A stretch of 64,000 nucleotides of DNA from Actinomycetota bacterium. GTDB lineage: Bacteria > Actinomycetota > CADDZG01 > WHSQ01. Position numbers and translations under genes: made by a program. The stretch spans positions 48,393 to 112,392 of the forward strand of contig JBPCNH010000023.1 of NCBI GenBank assembly GCA_051001455.1, written 5' to 3'. Below, in pieces: positions 29,013-38,041 of the stretch. The notes under the pieces are model-generated. The model ran no database searches, was not told the DNA's origin, and worked only from the letters and a program-made list of their open reading frames with translations. Positions within the stretch are counted from its first letter, which is position 1, and each line of letters begins with the position of its first letter.

Positions 29013-29816
29013 CTAACGGGTGGAGCGGGCTACCTCTAGGGCTGCGGCAAAGGTGAGCTCGGATTCCAGGCGGAAGGTGATCCTCTCGAGCTCCCACAAC
29101 AACACGTTGCCGGCGAAGCGTGAGGTCCCCGTCAGGAGATCGCCCTCAGCATCGGTCAGACCTACTTTATGCGGTTCCCCCGCGATCCAGTAAGCCGGCG
29201 CGCCGTTGACCTCCGCGACGCGCACCTTCCCACCGGCGCCGCTGATCTTCTTGATCGAGCCGGCGACGAACTCAGCGTCGAACTGGGTGAGGATCGCGCC
29301 GGTGCCGGTGAGGCTCGACGGCGGGATGCCGTCCCCGGGTTCATACAGGAACGAAACCCGCACACCGGTGCCCGAGCGTTCGAGGAATACCGCATCGGGA
29401 TCGGCGAACGAGCGCGCGGCTGGGACCTTCACCTCGAACGGGGCGAGGCGTGTGGCGGCCTCCAGGGTCGACCGTTCACCGAGATCGAGTTCGGATTCTC
29501 CGTCGGGTGCTCTCGGCGTCGCGCTGGTATCCACCTCGATACGCACGCCTGCAACTCCCAGCCATTCTGCGACGGCGCGCCGGGCGCTCGGAGCGAACGA
29601 GAAGAACAGTCCGAGTGCGATCGCAAGCGCGGCAACCGCATACGACGGACGCGTCCAGGACGCCGGGGACAACCAGCGCGCCGCGGGTTGCGCCGCGGAG
29701 CCGAGGCGCGCCGCCGTCCCCGCTGCGATGTCGGGCGTGTCGGGGAACTCGACGCTCGACCCGAGATCGGCGAGCACCATCTCGAGGCGCGCAACGCGAG
29801 GACCGGTCTCAGGCAT
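29013..29816 (-). CDS. Putative membrane anti-sigma factor / DUF4367-like protein
   Basis: 267 aa, overlapping the ECF sigma stop by 8 nt. One TM helix (YAVAALAIALGLFFSF) and an extracytoplasmic C-domain. Confidence 0.55.
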   Translation of the reverse strand: MPETGPRVARLEMVLADLGSSVEFPDTPDIAAGTAARLGSAAQPAARWLSPASWTRPSYAVAALAIALGLFFSFAPSARRAVAEWLGVAGVRIEVDTSATPRAPDGESELDLGERSTLEAATRLAPFEVKVPAARSFADPDAVFLERSGTGVRVSFLYEPGDGIPPSSLTGTGAILTQFDAEFVAGSIKKISGAGGKVRVAEVNGAPAYWIAGEPHKVGLTDAEGDLLTGTSRFAGNVLLWELERITFRLESELTFAAALEVARSTR

Positions 29817-30381
29817 CGGCCACCTCTTCGCTCATACGTGCCCGGAGTCGCGCGGTGGCACGAGCTAGACGCGACTTAACGGTCCCCGGGCGACAACGAA
29901 GGATTTCGCTCATCTCTTTCTCCGTCAGCTCCATCCAGTAACGGAGCGCTATCACCAGACGGTCGTTCGGCTCGAGTTCGTTGACCGCCGCGAGAACCGA
30001 GGCGCGCTCTTCCGCGGTGATGGCCGCGGCCTCGGGAGATGGGGCCTCATCCCCGGGACCACGGCCGCTCGTCACCGAGGCGCGCAGCTGCAGGCCTTCC
30101 CGGCGCGCCGCGGAGCGCAGACGGTTGCGCGCCTCGTTGACCACGATCGCGAGGAGCCAGGGACGGAACGAAGCTCCCTCCCGGAACCTCCCAAGTGCCC
30201 GGTAAGCCTTCAAGAACGCCTCCTGGGCCGCGTCCTCCGCGTCACCCGTGGTGCCTGCAACGACATAGGCGGTGCGGAACGCGACGTCCTGGTGCATCTT
30301 CACCAGCGCCGAATAAGCGGCCGAGTCACCGCTCTTCGCACGCTCGATCAGTTCGCCTTCTTCCAGTGGTCGGCCCTCCAC
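29809..30381 (-). CDS. ECF-type sigma-70 family factor
   Basis: Region 2 (AAQEAFLKAYRAL..FRPWLLAIVVNEARN) and region 4 (LEPNDRLVIALRYWMELTEKEMSEIL...TVKSRLARA). Start is the GTG at 30381 or at 30414. The track ORF start lies in repeat copy B. Confidence 0.85.
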   Translation of the reverse strand: MEGRPLEEGELIERAKSGDSAAYSALVKMHQDVAFRTAYVVAGTTGDAEDAAQEAFLKAYRALGRFREGASFRPWLLAIVVNEARNRLRSAARREGLQLRASVTSGRGPGDEAPSPEAAAITAEERASVLAAVNELEPNDRLVIALRYWMELTEKEMSEILRCRPGTVKSRLARATARLRARMSEEVADA

Positions 30382-30440
30382 TGCCTGTGTCCCTCTTACA
30401 CCGCCGTGACCCACGAGGTTCCCCCCCGAAAACCCGGCGC

Positions 30441-30489
30441 GTTTTGATCGATTCTGACCACGTATTTGGTGGTCGCTACCGATCAAAAC
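30441..30489. repeat. Nested-palindrome repeat element, copy B
   Basis: The 49-nt core is identical to copy A. The single mismatch between the two ~64-bp copies (G/C) lies in the flank just after the core. Lies between the 205-aa ORF and the ECF sigma gene. Confidence 0.9.
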
Positions 30490-31093
30490 CTGCACGGGTT
30501 AAGGCTCGGCGGATCTCTTCGACCTGGCTTTCATCCAGCCACCGGGCAATGCCTCCGGCTACGGAGTCTGGGGTTACCTCCTTGCCCGAGCGCTTGAGGG
30601 CGAGGATGGTCTTGAAGACGAAGCCCCGATAGGCGCCGGGGATCGACAGACCCTCGACCTCTCCGGTGCGCTGCCACTCCTCCTCCACCGCAGCCATCTC
30701 GGGATCCTCCCACCAGGCGCGCCCCTCACCCTTGACGGTCGGTGGGCGCAGTGGAACCACGTTCACCGGCTTGGAGCCGGCGCGCCGCCACTCCGGCGCG
30801 TCGAGGTAATCCGGCTCGAACGCCAGGCGCTTGCTCTCGAGGCTCGCTAGAGCCTGTTCGCTCTCGGCGTGCAGCACCAGCCGGAGCGTCCTTTCGCGTT
30901 CGTCGGGAATGTTGCCGGCGTTGCGATAAGCAAGTGCTTCTTCGATGGTGAGCGCCTCGACATGGGCCCCGCCGGGACCCTCGCCGGTCCGGAATCGTGT
31001 GAGCTCGCGCTGCAGGTCCGCGAGATTCATCAGGTACCAGCCCTCTACGATCACATCACAGAGGGTAGAGCGGCCCCAGATCCGTGCCTCCAA
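30476..31093 (-). CDS. Hypothetical protein
   Basis: 205-aa ORF (or 184 aa from MNLADLQ at 31030). No family recognised. The last codons (TRAGFDR-stop) are encoded by repeat copy B. Confidence 0.5.
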   Translation of the reverse strand: MEARIWGRSTLCDVIVEGWYLMNLADLQRELTRFRTGEGPGGAHVEALTIEEALAYRNAGNIPDERERTLRLVLHAESEQALASLESKRLAFEPDYLDAPEWRRAGSKPVNVVPLRPPTVKGEGRAWWEDPEMAAVEEEWQRTGEVEGLSIPGAYRGFVFKTILALKRSGKEVTPDSVAGGIARWLDESQVEEIRRALTRAGFDR

Positions 31094-31162
31094 GTAGTCG
31101 TGGGCGAACCGTCGTCCGACAGGAGGTGCAACTATGCGGTGGCCACTCTCCCGCGTGGATCC

Positions 31163-33811
31163 CTACCAGCGTTGGCGTACGACTTTGGTCGCGACGCGGG
31201 TACGCAAGCGGTAGGCCGCGGCTCCTACGGTCATGGCGGCCGCAGAGAGATAGAGGAGCGCGAGTGCCGGATCGGGCGCCCGCCCGCGCGAGTGGTAGGT
31301 GGAGAAAGCAAACTCCTGCTCCTCCGCCTCGTTCGGATCGAACGCGGCCACCGTGGCAACCTGAGACTGCTGCTGTTCCTGTTGCGCGGCCGCACCTTGG
31401 AGATGCGGGTTGGGCTGAGGCTGCGTGTTGCTGACGGGGGCCGGTGGGGGAGGAGGCGGGGGCACGGGGACGGCGGCTACCAAAGGTAGCGGCTGTAGCA
31501 GCGTCGTGACCGGCGGAAGCTCCTCGGGATCTTCGACGGCCTGCCCGAGTGGGCCGCAGACGACGGTTGCAGTGGCACCGGCTATGCCGGTCCCGCGCAG
31601 GGTAGCGACCAGCTCGACGTCCTCGCGCGTCACCTTGGCAAGAGACGGGCATTCATAGGTAACTTCGAATCCCAACTCCTGCGTTTCGGTCACATCGATC
31701 GATGGATAGCCGGCCGGAGCGATGCTCGCGATAGATCCGTTACCCGAGGTCGCGACCAGCTCGACCGAAGCCTCGTCCGTGATGGCAGCCAAAGCCGCCA
31801 GGATCGGGCCGGCCAATGCTGAAACACCGTCGCTCTCTTGGTCGAGGATGTCGCATACGAGCGGCTCGCCCGGCGCGATGTCGTCGCGCCCGTCACCGTC
31901 ACAGTCCACACCGCCGGCCGGGGCCAGAGTGTCGGTAGCCTGGGCCATGCGCTCGAGATCCACGCGCGCTTCCTTTAGACCGAACGGTCCGAATACGGCC
32001 AGCCCGACCTGCAAGACACCTTGATCCTTGAGGGCGTTGGCAACGAGCGCGAAAGGAGGACCGGGATGCTGAGCACTGTCCTCGAACCCTGCGTCTGTGA
32101 TGTTGATCATGACCTTGTAGGCGTCGGGTCGGAACTGTGCCTGCTGCCCGGGAGCCACACAAGCGCTCGACGGCGTCACACACCCCGGCTCGCCGACACC
32201 GGTAGCAGCTTGGTAAAGGGCGGTGAGTTGGGACTCCTCTTTCACCACACCGCCACCGCTCGCCTGCATCCGCTCGATGGCTGAGTTCAAGGAAGGGTCG
32301 ACCGGCCCGACCGCGCGGCTCAGCCGATAGGGGAAGTCGCCGGCGGTCGGGTCCCCGTAACCCGCGATCGGGTAGTCCTTGTACTCGCCGAGGCCGAACT
32401 GCACGTCGATCTTCGCGTCGGCAAGCTCCTGGGCGATGCGGTGCAGACCATGTTGCAGGCCCTTGATCGATGAGCTCATGGAGTGGGTCGTGTCCATCAG
32501 GAAGAAGACATCGAGGGGCGTCGGTTGTGGAGGCAGTCCCAAGCGATAGCGAACGGTTTTGGACTCCCCCGGTCCCAGCCTGATCTTGGTGTTACCGGGC
32601 TCTAGCGAAACGTCTGTCTTGACCACCGGAGCCTGAGGAACGAGGGGCGGAAGAGATACGGACAACCCGGCGTAGCGCATGATCGCGTCGGGGGTAAGGC
32701 CGAACGCAGACGGCTTCGCCGACCTGTCGATCTGGACGTCAACGACATTCGGCGCGTCTTCAGGTTGCTTGACACCATCGATCAGCCCCGGCGTTATCTC
32801 TATCCAGTGGTACGGCGCCTGGAAACGGAAGACCGCTCCGCCGTTGATCGACATCACCATGTCCTCAGCACCGCCTCCATATGCAACCGAGAGCGTATGG
32901 AGTGACGGCGAAGCGACACTCGGCCATGTCTTCCCGCCATCCTTGGTCATGAAGAACGTCCCGCCATCCGGGTCGAACGCGGTGAGCTGATAGGGATCTC
33001 CGGGGCCACGGAAAGTGTCCGCCAGGGAGATCGCCGGGACGTATTCGATCGAGACGAAATCACGACCGCCGTTGGTCGAGAAGCGCAGGGGGCCACCCCA
33101 AGCCCATACGGTTTGCGGATCGAGGTCGTCCACCTGGAAGTCACTCATCGGCGCTTGGCTCCGCAACTCCCAGCTGTCGCCGCCGTTGCTACTGGCGTAA
33201 AGACCACCCGAAGGACCTCCGATGAGGAGATAGAGGTTCGACGGATCGCTCGGCGCGACACGGAGCCGCAACGCATTGCCTGCCGTGGTTGGGCCCGGGC
33301 TGACTTCCCGCCAGGTGCTCCCGTCATCCGAGCTCTTGATGACCCGCGCTCGGAACGAGACCGCCGGTGGTTTCGAACCCGTCTGTTCCTCGACCAGCTC
33401 CTCGACGACTTTAGGCGGGAGCTTCTCCTGTACGACAAGGTAGACGGTGTCGCTGCCGCCGGTCGCTTCGGGGATGACGATCTGCTGGACGGATGCGGTC
33501 GTTGAGGAGATGGGTTGATCCAAGGTGGGGAGTACCTCGAGCGAGAACCTCTCGCTCCAGGAGCAACCACCGTCGGTGGAGCCCATCACCGAGATGCCGT
33601 TGGTGGCCCACAGCTCGGTGGGGCGATTGTGATTCACCGCATAGGCCGCCAGCCTCGGCGCGCCCGAGGTGAAGTCTGGGGCAGGGATCGTGGCCCACTC
33701 GCCCTCTACGGTTACCCGCTCGCAAGGCGCTGCCTCGGCTCCCGGAGACGCGAACGGACCAAGCACGAGCACCGCCACGAGGCAGCCGACAACGGGCCTG
33801 ATCCAGGTCAT
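31163..33811 (-). CDS. Large secreted BNR/Asp-box beta-propeller + VWA (integrin-beta-like MIDAS) protein with Pro-rich stalk and C-terminal TM anchor
   Basis: 882 aa with a signal peptide. Asp-box motifs STDGGCSW, SSDDGSTW, SSNGGDSW, TKDGGKTW. VWA start is DVFFLMDTTHSMSSSI. C-terminus is PPPPPPPAP..QQEQQQ followed by a TM helix and RLRTR. Confidence 0.75.
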   Translation of the reverse strand: MTWIRPVVGCLVAVLVLGPFASPGAEAAPCERVTVEGEWATIPAPDFTSGAPRLAAYAVNHNRPTELWATNGISVMGSTDGGCSWSERFSLEVLPTLDQPISSTTASVQQIVIPEATGGSDTVYLVVQEKLPPKVVEELVEEQTGSKPPAVSFRARVIKSSDDGSTWREVSPGPTTAGNALRLRVAPSDPSNLYLLIGGPSGGLYASSNGGDSWELRSQAPMSDFQVDDLDPQTVWAWGGPLRFSTNGGRDFVSIEYVPAISLADTFRGPGDPYQLTAFDPDGGTFFMTKDGGKTWPSVASPSLHTLSVAYGGGAEDMVMSINGGAVFRFQAPYHWIEITPGLIDGVKQPEDAPNVVDVQIDRSAKPSAFGLTPDAIMRYAGLSVSLPPLVPQAPVVKTDVSLEPGNTKIRLGPGESKTVRYRLGLPPQPTPLDVFFLMDTTHSMSSSIKGLQHGLHRIAQELADAKIDVQFGLGEYKDYPIAGYGDPTAGDFPYRLSRAVGPVDPSLNSAIERMQASGGGVVKEESQLTALYQAATGVGEPGCVTPSSACVAPGQQAQFRPDAYKVMINITDAGFEDSAQHPGPPFALVANALKDQGVLQVGLAVFGPFGLKEARVDLERMAQATDTLAPAGGVDCDGDGRDDIAPGEPLVCDILDQESDGVSALAGPILAALAAITDEASVELVATSGNGSIASIAPAGYPSIDVTETQELGFEVTYECPSLAKVTREDVELVATLRGTGIAGATATVVCGPLGQAVEDPEELPPVTTLLQPLPLVAAVPVPPPPPPPAPVSNTQPQPNPHLQGAAAQQEQQQSQVATVAAFDPNEAEEQEFAFSTYHSRGRAPDPALALLYLSAAAMTVGAAAYRLRTRVATKVVRQRW

Positions 33812-33964
33812 TCAATTGGTATTCGCCGCCTAGGGGTCATTCCCTCAAGCGGACCCGGGATATCGCACCCTAGGGGGCGCCGGAACGCCCCTGACGCCCA
33901 GCGACGCGGCCGGATCATTGGGAAAGGATCGAAGCAGAGGAAGGAACTCCCCGCAGGTGGCCTG

Positions 33965-34384
33965 ATGCGCGGGAAAACAAGCACGCGAAACGGAACATTG
34001 AGGCCTCTCGACTGTGCCCTAAATAGGCCCTACTGTTGCTGGGTGAGACGACGCGCAGGAGACCTGCTGCCGTTGGAGCGCCGCATCCTTGAGATCGCAG
34101 CGGGGGCTCACGGTGAGATTCACGGCTTCGCACTCGCGCGGGAATTGGCACCGGACGACGACGAGAACCGTCTTGTCGGTCACGGGACCCTCTACAAGGC
34201 GCTCGACCGGATGCGCGAACAAGGCCTGCTAGACGCGCGTTGGGAGGATGCCGACGTCGCCGAGCGACAGCGCCGCCCGAGACGGCGCCTGTACCAGATC
34301 ACCTACGCGGGCCGGGTGGCGATCACGACGACGTTGTCGCGCGCGGCTGCGATGCGTGTCGCTACCACGGGCACGACGCCATGA
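33965..34384 (+). CDS. PadR-family transcriptional regulator
   Basis: GHGTLYKALDRMREQGLL...RRRLYQITYAG is a winged-helix PadR signature. An alternative GTG start at 34043 gives a more typical 113 aa. Confidence 0.75.
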   Translation: MRGKTSTRNGTLRPLDCALNRPYCCWVRRRAGDLLPLERRILEIAAGAHGEIHGFALARELAPDDDENRLVGHGTLYKALDRMREQGLLDARWEDADVAERQRRPRRRLYQITYAGRVAITTTLSRAAAMRVATTGTTP

Positions 34385-34785
34385 CCCGTCTCGGTGTTCC
34401 AGAAGCACTCATCCGGCGATGGGTCCAGCTCTATACATTCGCACTACCGCGCGACGTCGCCGAGGAGCGATGGAACGAGATCTGGTCGGATCTCTGGGAG
34501 CAACGTTCCGCGGCATCCCGGGACGGAGCGATCCTCCGGCGAGCACTTGCTGGGGCGCCTGCCGACCTCGGGTGGCGCGTGACCAAGGGACTCCTTCCTC
34601 CGTGGCTCCGCGTCGCCACCCGGTTATCCGCTGCGGCAGCCGGGTGCTTCATCCTGTCGAACACCCAACACCAGACCGAACACCACACCTTGATCGGAAA
34701 TGCGACGTACGGGTTTTACTTCGTGTTCGCTTTCGGAGCTCTCGTTGCGGCAGTGACCGGTGCTTGGCAGAGGTCCAGGGGGTAG
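34381..34785 (+). CDS. Hypothetical membrane protein co-transcribed with PadR
   Basis: The ATG at 34381 overlaps the PadR stop (ATGA). 134 aa with C-terminal TM helices. Confidence 0.5.
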   Translation: MTRLGVPEALIRRWVQLYTFALPRDVAEERWNEIWSDLWEQRSAASRDGAILRRALAGAPADLGWRVTKGLLPPWLRVATRLSAAAAGCFILSNTQHQTEHHTLIGNATYGFYFVFAFGALVAAVTGAWQRSRG

Positions 34786-34839
34786 CCTCACCGGCCCCTT
34801 TGCTATAGGAAGGTACCTTCCTATAGACTCCGTGCCGGG

Positions 34840-35298
34840 ATGGAAGACGGCAATCACGCTCGCGACCTGAGACCGCTGTGGAGGGGCGCCCTAGTGACGA
34901 CCCTCAGCGTCGGGCTGTTCCCACGGCTGAACGCGGTCATCAATGAGGACGTCCCCATCTGGCACCTTGATCCCGAGGCGCGCGTCCTGTTCCCTCTCAT
35001 CCTTATCTTGAGCATGCTGCTCTTCTTCTTCCTCGGCAGATGGGCGTGGCGCACGGATCGCGGCAACAGGCCTGCCAAGGTAGGCCTAGTTTGCGGGATC
35101 CTCAGCATTGTGGGCGCGGTCGCGTTCTTCCTCTCGCTTCCGATCATGCTGGGCGGGTTCGCCACCACGGTCGGGCTCGAGGGCCGCAGAAGAGCTGCGA
35201 CTCACGGCCGCAGCGGTCAAGCCAACGCCGCGGTAGCGCTCGGTGTATTCGGATTCGTGATCGGCGCCGCGATCTGGTTGCTCGCCGGGTCGATCTGA
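34840..35298 (+). CDS. Hypothetical integral membrane protein
   Basis: 152 aa with 4 predicted TM helices. No family recognised. Confidence 0.5.
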   Translation: MEDGNHARDLRPLWRGALVTTLSVGLFPRLNAVINEDVPIWHLDPEARVLFPLILILSMLLFFFLGRWAWRTDRGNRPAKVGLVCGILSIVGAVAFFLSLPIMLGGFATTVGLEGRRRAATHGRSGQANAAVALGVFGFVIGAAIWLLAGSI

Positions 35299-35383
35299 CA
35301 TCCGCTCGACCCCCCAAGGCCGATTCACCCGGGTCGAGCCCGTCGAGTCAGGACATCTCACCTTCTAGGCGCGCCCCGATGGA

Positions 35384-35412
35384 AGCGGAGGCGGACGGGA
35401 ATCGAACCCGCC
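35384..35412 (-). repeat. 29-bp duplicate of the tRNA-Sec 3' end (T-arm + acceptor 3' strand), att-like
   Basis: AGCGGAGGCGGACGGGAATCGAACCCGCC is identical to 42500..42528. The adjacent sequence lacks a 5' acceptor strand, D arm and anticodon arm. Confidence 0.85.
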
Positions 35413-35524
35413 AAGGGAGCCACGAAGTGGCGAGGCGGGTGAAGATGGCTCCGGGCACCTGGGCGGGTCCGCCGAGACCCACAACCGGGGAGGCCATAGA
35501 TCACTCTCGTCCGCAGGATCGATC

Positions 35525-36043
35525 GTGAGTTCGCCCGCGGCCGGAACCGTTTATAGGTGGCCGGGTTGTTGCGGCGATGACTTCGTTTGCGTCAGTTTCG
35601 ACTCCGGTGGGAGTGCCGCGATCGGGTACCTGAGCAACCGCGCGGTCAGCGGCACCCGAATTTCGGGCAGGTCACGGATCGGTACGGTCGCATGGCCGCA
35701 TGCTTCGAACGGGGACTACGCACACATCCATGTCCAAGTGCATCAGGGACCGAACTGTACGGAAGGTAGCGAACCGGTCGCTTTCGATGTCGCTCACGGC
35801 TTCAAGTGGCGATGCACCCCGGATCTGCCCTATTCGGGATCGGTGAACCAGTACTCAGGTCTGGCTGTTGATCGATGTGGGTCGCCGATAGCGGATGAAA
35901 CGACGATATCCATGAACCAGTTGAATGGGGGACTGGGAGAAGCGTCCTGGTTGACGGTGCTGGTTTCTCGATTGATCCGGGTCGTAGGAAGCTTCATGGC
36001 CGGCTCGACTGACTCCGCGACGACCTACGCAGGGTCTATCTGA
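35525..36043 (+). CDS. Hypothetical protein (weak resemblance to the C-terminal half of M23/LytM peptidases)
   Basis: 172 aa with a GTG start. GTV...IGTV...HIHVQV is reminiscent of the M23 HxH region, but no HxxxD motif is seen. Possibly degenerate. Confidence 0.3.
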   Translation: MSSPAAGTVYRWPGCCGDDFVCVSFDSGGSAAIGYLSNRAVSGTRISGRSRIGTVAWPHASNGDYAHIHVQVHQGPNCTEGSEPVAFDVAHGFKWRCTPDLPYSGSVNQYSGLAVDRCGSPIADETTISMNQLNGGLGEASWLTVLVSRLIRVVGSFMAGSTDSATTYAGSI

Positions 36044-36494
36044 CGACTACGGTCCCAACCATCCCCGTGCCATCCGGAAGGCCGTGTACGCGGCAGTAGT
36101 AGGTGAATTCTCCGGGTTCATCGAAGGCATAGCTGAAGGTGTCGCCCATACCCAGGCACTTGTCCGAATCGATGGGCCCGCACTTGGGGCTGGAATCGAA
36201 GGAGCCATCGGCGGCAGTGACTGAATGAGGTTGGTCCCCGGTCTGCTCCCAGTTCACCGTTGCGCCTGCTTCAACGGTAATGGTGCGTGGGATGAAGTTC
36301 GTATCGATGACCTTGGCGGAGGCATCGGTCGTGTTCTTGCGGGACGTGTCCTCCACAGTGGGTGGTGCTGTTCGAGGACGTCCAGGTTCCTCCGAAGCTG
36401 GACGTCCAGGTTCTTCCGAACCGCACCCGCTCAAGAGAAGGACGCACGCCGTGGCAAGGGCGACGGTGAGGTAACGAAGTCTCATAACAGACAT
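36036..36494 (-). CDS. Cupredoxin (plastocyanin-like) lipoprotein
   Basis: Lipobox LLLSGC. Linker with a duplicated SEEPGRP. Copper-site context HSV...YYCRVHG...MVGTVVV. Confidence 0.8.
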   Translation of the reverse strand: MSVMRLRYLTVALATACVLLLSGCGSEEPGRPASEEPGRPRTAPPTVEDTSRKNTTDASAKVIDTNFIPRTITVEAGATVNWEQTGDQPHSVTAADGSFDSSPKCGPIDSDKCLGMGDTFSYAFDEPGEFTYYCRVHGLPDGTGMVGTVVVR

Positions 36495-36654
36495 TCGACG
36501 CCAACCGATGCGATGGATGGGTCTTTGCTTGCTTCGTTCTCGCTATCCCATACACCGGCCAGAGAAGCTTGACAGGCTCTAATACATTAAGAAACCCACC
36601 GAAAAAGGGGTAAAGAGACCCATCCCGCGGCGGGTCGCGCTCCGAATACAAGGC

Positions 36655-37335
36655 ATGAAGCTGCCAAGAAGTGTGCAGGCGTTCGGTGCCGTGTCGGTCA
36701 TGGTAATCCCGGCCCTGATGGCCATCTTCCTCACCCGTTCGGAGGCAATTGATCGGGTGCCGGCGGTAACCCAGGTCCTTCAAGCCGTTTCCGATGGGAA
36801 ACGATCCCAGGCCGCGCTGGATTCTCCGGTGGCGGAGGCGGTCCAGGGCGGCAAGAACATCGCGATCGACTTCGAGCGAGGCCGCCGGACGTCGCTGGGT
36901 CAGATGAAGATCCCGGCGATCGGGCTGAAGACCAAGTTCTACGACGGCGTCGTCGACGAAGCGGTGAAACTCGGCCCAGGACATTGGCCGGGGACCCCAT
37001 GGCCCGGGCAGCGTGGTAACAGCGTATTTGCGGGGCATCGGACGACACATACGCGCCCGTTCGGTGATCTCGACCTGCTTCAACCGGGCGACCGCATCCA
37101 TATCGGTATGCGAAATGCCAGTCCGACGACGTATCGCGTCGTGAGGACACTCATCGTTCCCGAGGCGGAGTACGCAAAAGCCGTACTGAAGCAACCTCGC
37201 CACAAACGCGTACGCCTGATCACTCTGTTCGCATGCACTCCCAAGGGTTCCCTCAGCCACCGCATCATCGTGCAGGCGAAGGCCGACCCCGAAGGCGGGA
37301 GCAAGAAGCGGGGAAGCAAGGAGGTCGAGCGATGA
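36655..37335 (+). CDS. Sortase (class E/F-like transpeptidase)
   Basis: N-terminal TM helix, IPAIGL, FAGHRTT (catalytic His) and LITLFACTP (TLxTC Cys motif). Confidence 0.8.
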   Translation: MKLPRSVQAFGAVSVMVIPALMAIFLTRSEAIDRVPAVTQVLQAVSDGKRSQAALDSPVAEAVQGGKNIAIDFERGRRTSLGQMKIPAIGLKTKFYDGVVDEAVKLGPGHWPGTPWPGQRGNSVFAGHRTTHTRPFGDLDLLQPGDRIHIGMRNASPTTYRVVRTLIVPEAEYAKAVLKQPRHKRVRLITLFACTPKGSLSHRIIVQAKADPEGGSKKRGSKEVER

Positions 37336-37392
37336 GACCTTTGTGAGGCGACTTTCGTTCTCGTTCTTCACTATCAAGGAGGTGTAGCAAGA

Positions 37393-38028
37393 ATGACCAA
37401 CAAAGAGATATTCAATGGAGAGGCGGTCATGTCGTTCGACAACGAGCATGACCGACGTAACTTCCTCAAGTGGGCAGGCGTCGTCGGAGTCGGCAGCACG
37501 CTTGCCGTCGCCGGATTCAGCCGTGGAACGGTCTCCGCTCAGGCGGAAGGCGGCGATCTAGACATCCTGAACTACGCCCTGACGCTCGAGTACCTGGAAG
37601 CGGACTTCTATGCCCAGGGAGTCGACGCTGGGGTTCTGTCCGGACGAGAGCTCGCGCTCGTCACTCCGATCCGTGACCACGAGGCTGCACACGTCACAGC
37701 CCTCACGTCTACGATCAACGACCTTGGCGGGACACCCGTCAAGTCCCCGAAGTTCAAGTATCCGGAAGGGACCTTTACCAAGAAGGCGGCGTTCCTCGAG
37801 ACCGCATCGGTGTTCGAGGAGCTCGGTGTCACCGCTTATCACGGTCAGGTCACTCTCATCAAGAACGTCGACATCCTCGCCGCGGCAGCTGCGATCGCTG
37901 GGGTCGAGTCACGTCACGCCGCGATCCTCGCGGACCTAACCGGTGGCGATCCTTTCCCTGCACCGGTAGAGGAGACGGCAACGATGAAGCAGGTCCTCAA
38001 GGCCGCAAAACCATTCATCAAGAGTTAA
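37393..38028 (+). CDS. Ferritin-like (Ferritin_2/desiccation-related type) protein with Tat signal
   Basis: RRNFLKWAGVVGVGSTLAVAG twin-arginine signal. ILNYALTLEYLEADFY and GVESRHAA motifs. AGGAGG RBS 10 nt upstream of the start. Confidence 0.75.
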   Translation: MTNKEIFNGEAVMSFDNEHDRRNFLKWAGVVGVGSTLAVAGFSRGTVSAQAEGGDLDILNYALTLEYLEADFYAQGVDAGVLSGRELALVTPIRDHEAAHVTALTSTINDLGGTPVKSPKFKYPEGTFTKKAAFLETASVFEELGVTAYHGQVTLIKNVDILAAAAAIAGVESRHAAILADLTGGDPFPAPVEETATMKQVLKAAKPFIKS

Positions 38029-38041
38029 GGAGGCGACAACA

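Noticed and set aside
35384-35480. A second intact tRNA(-Sec) gene at the left repeat.
   Set aside because: Only the 29 nt covering the T arm and acceptor 3' strand match. The upstream sequence has no complementary 5' acceptor strand, D arm or anticodon stem, although a short GCCAC/GTGGC hairpin is present.
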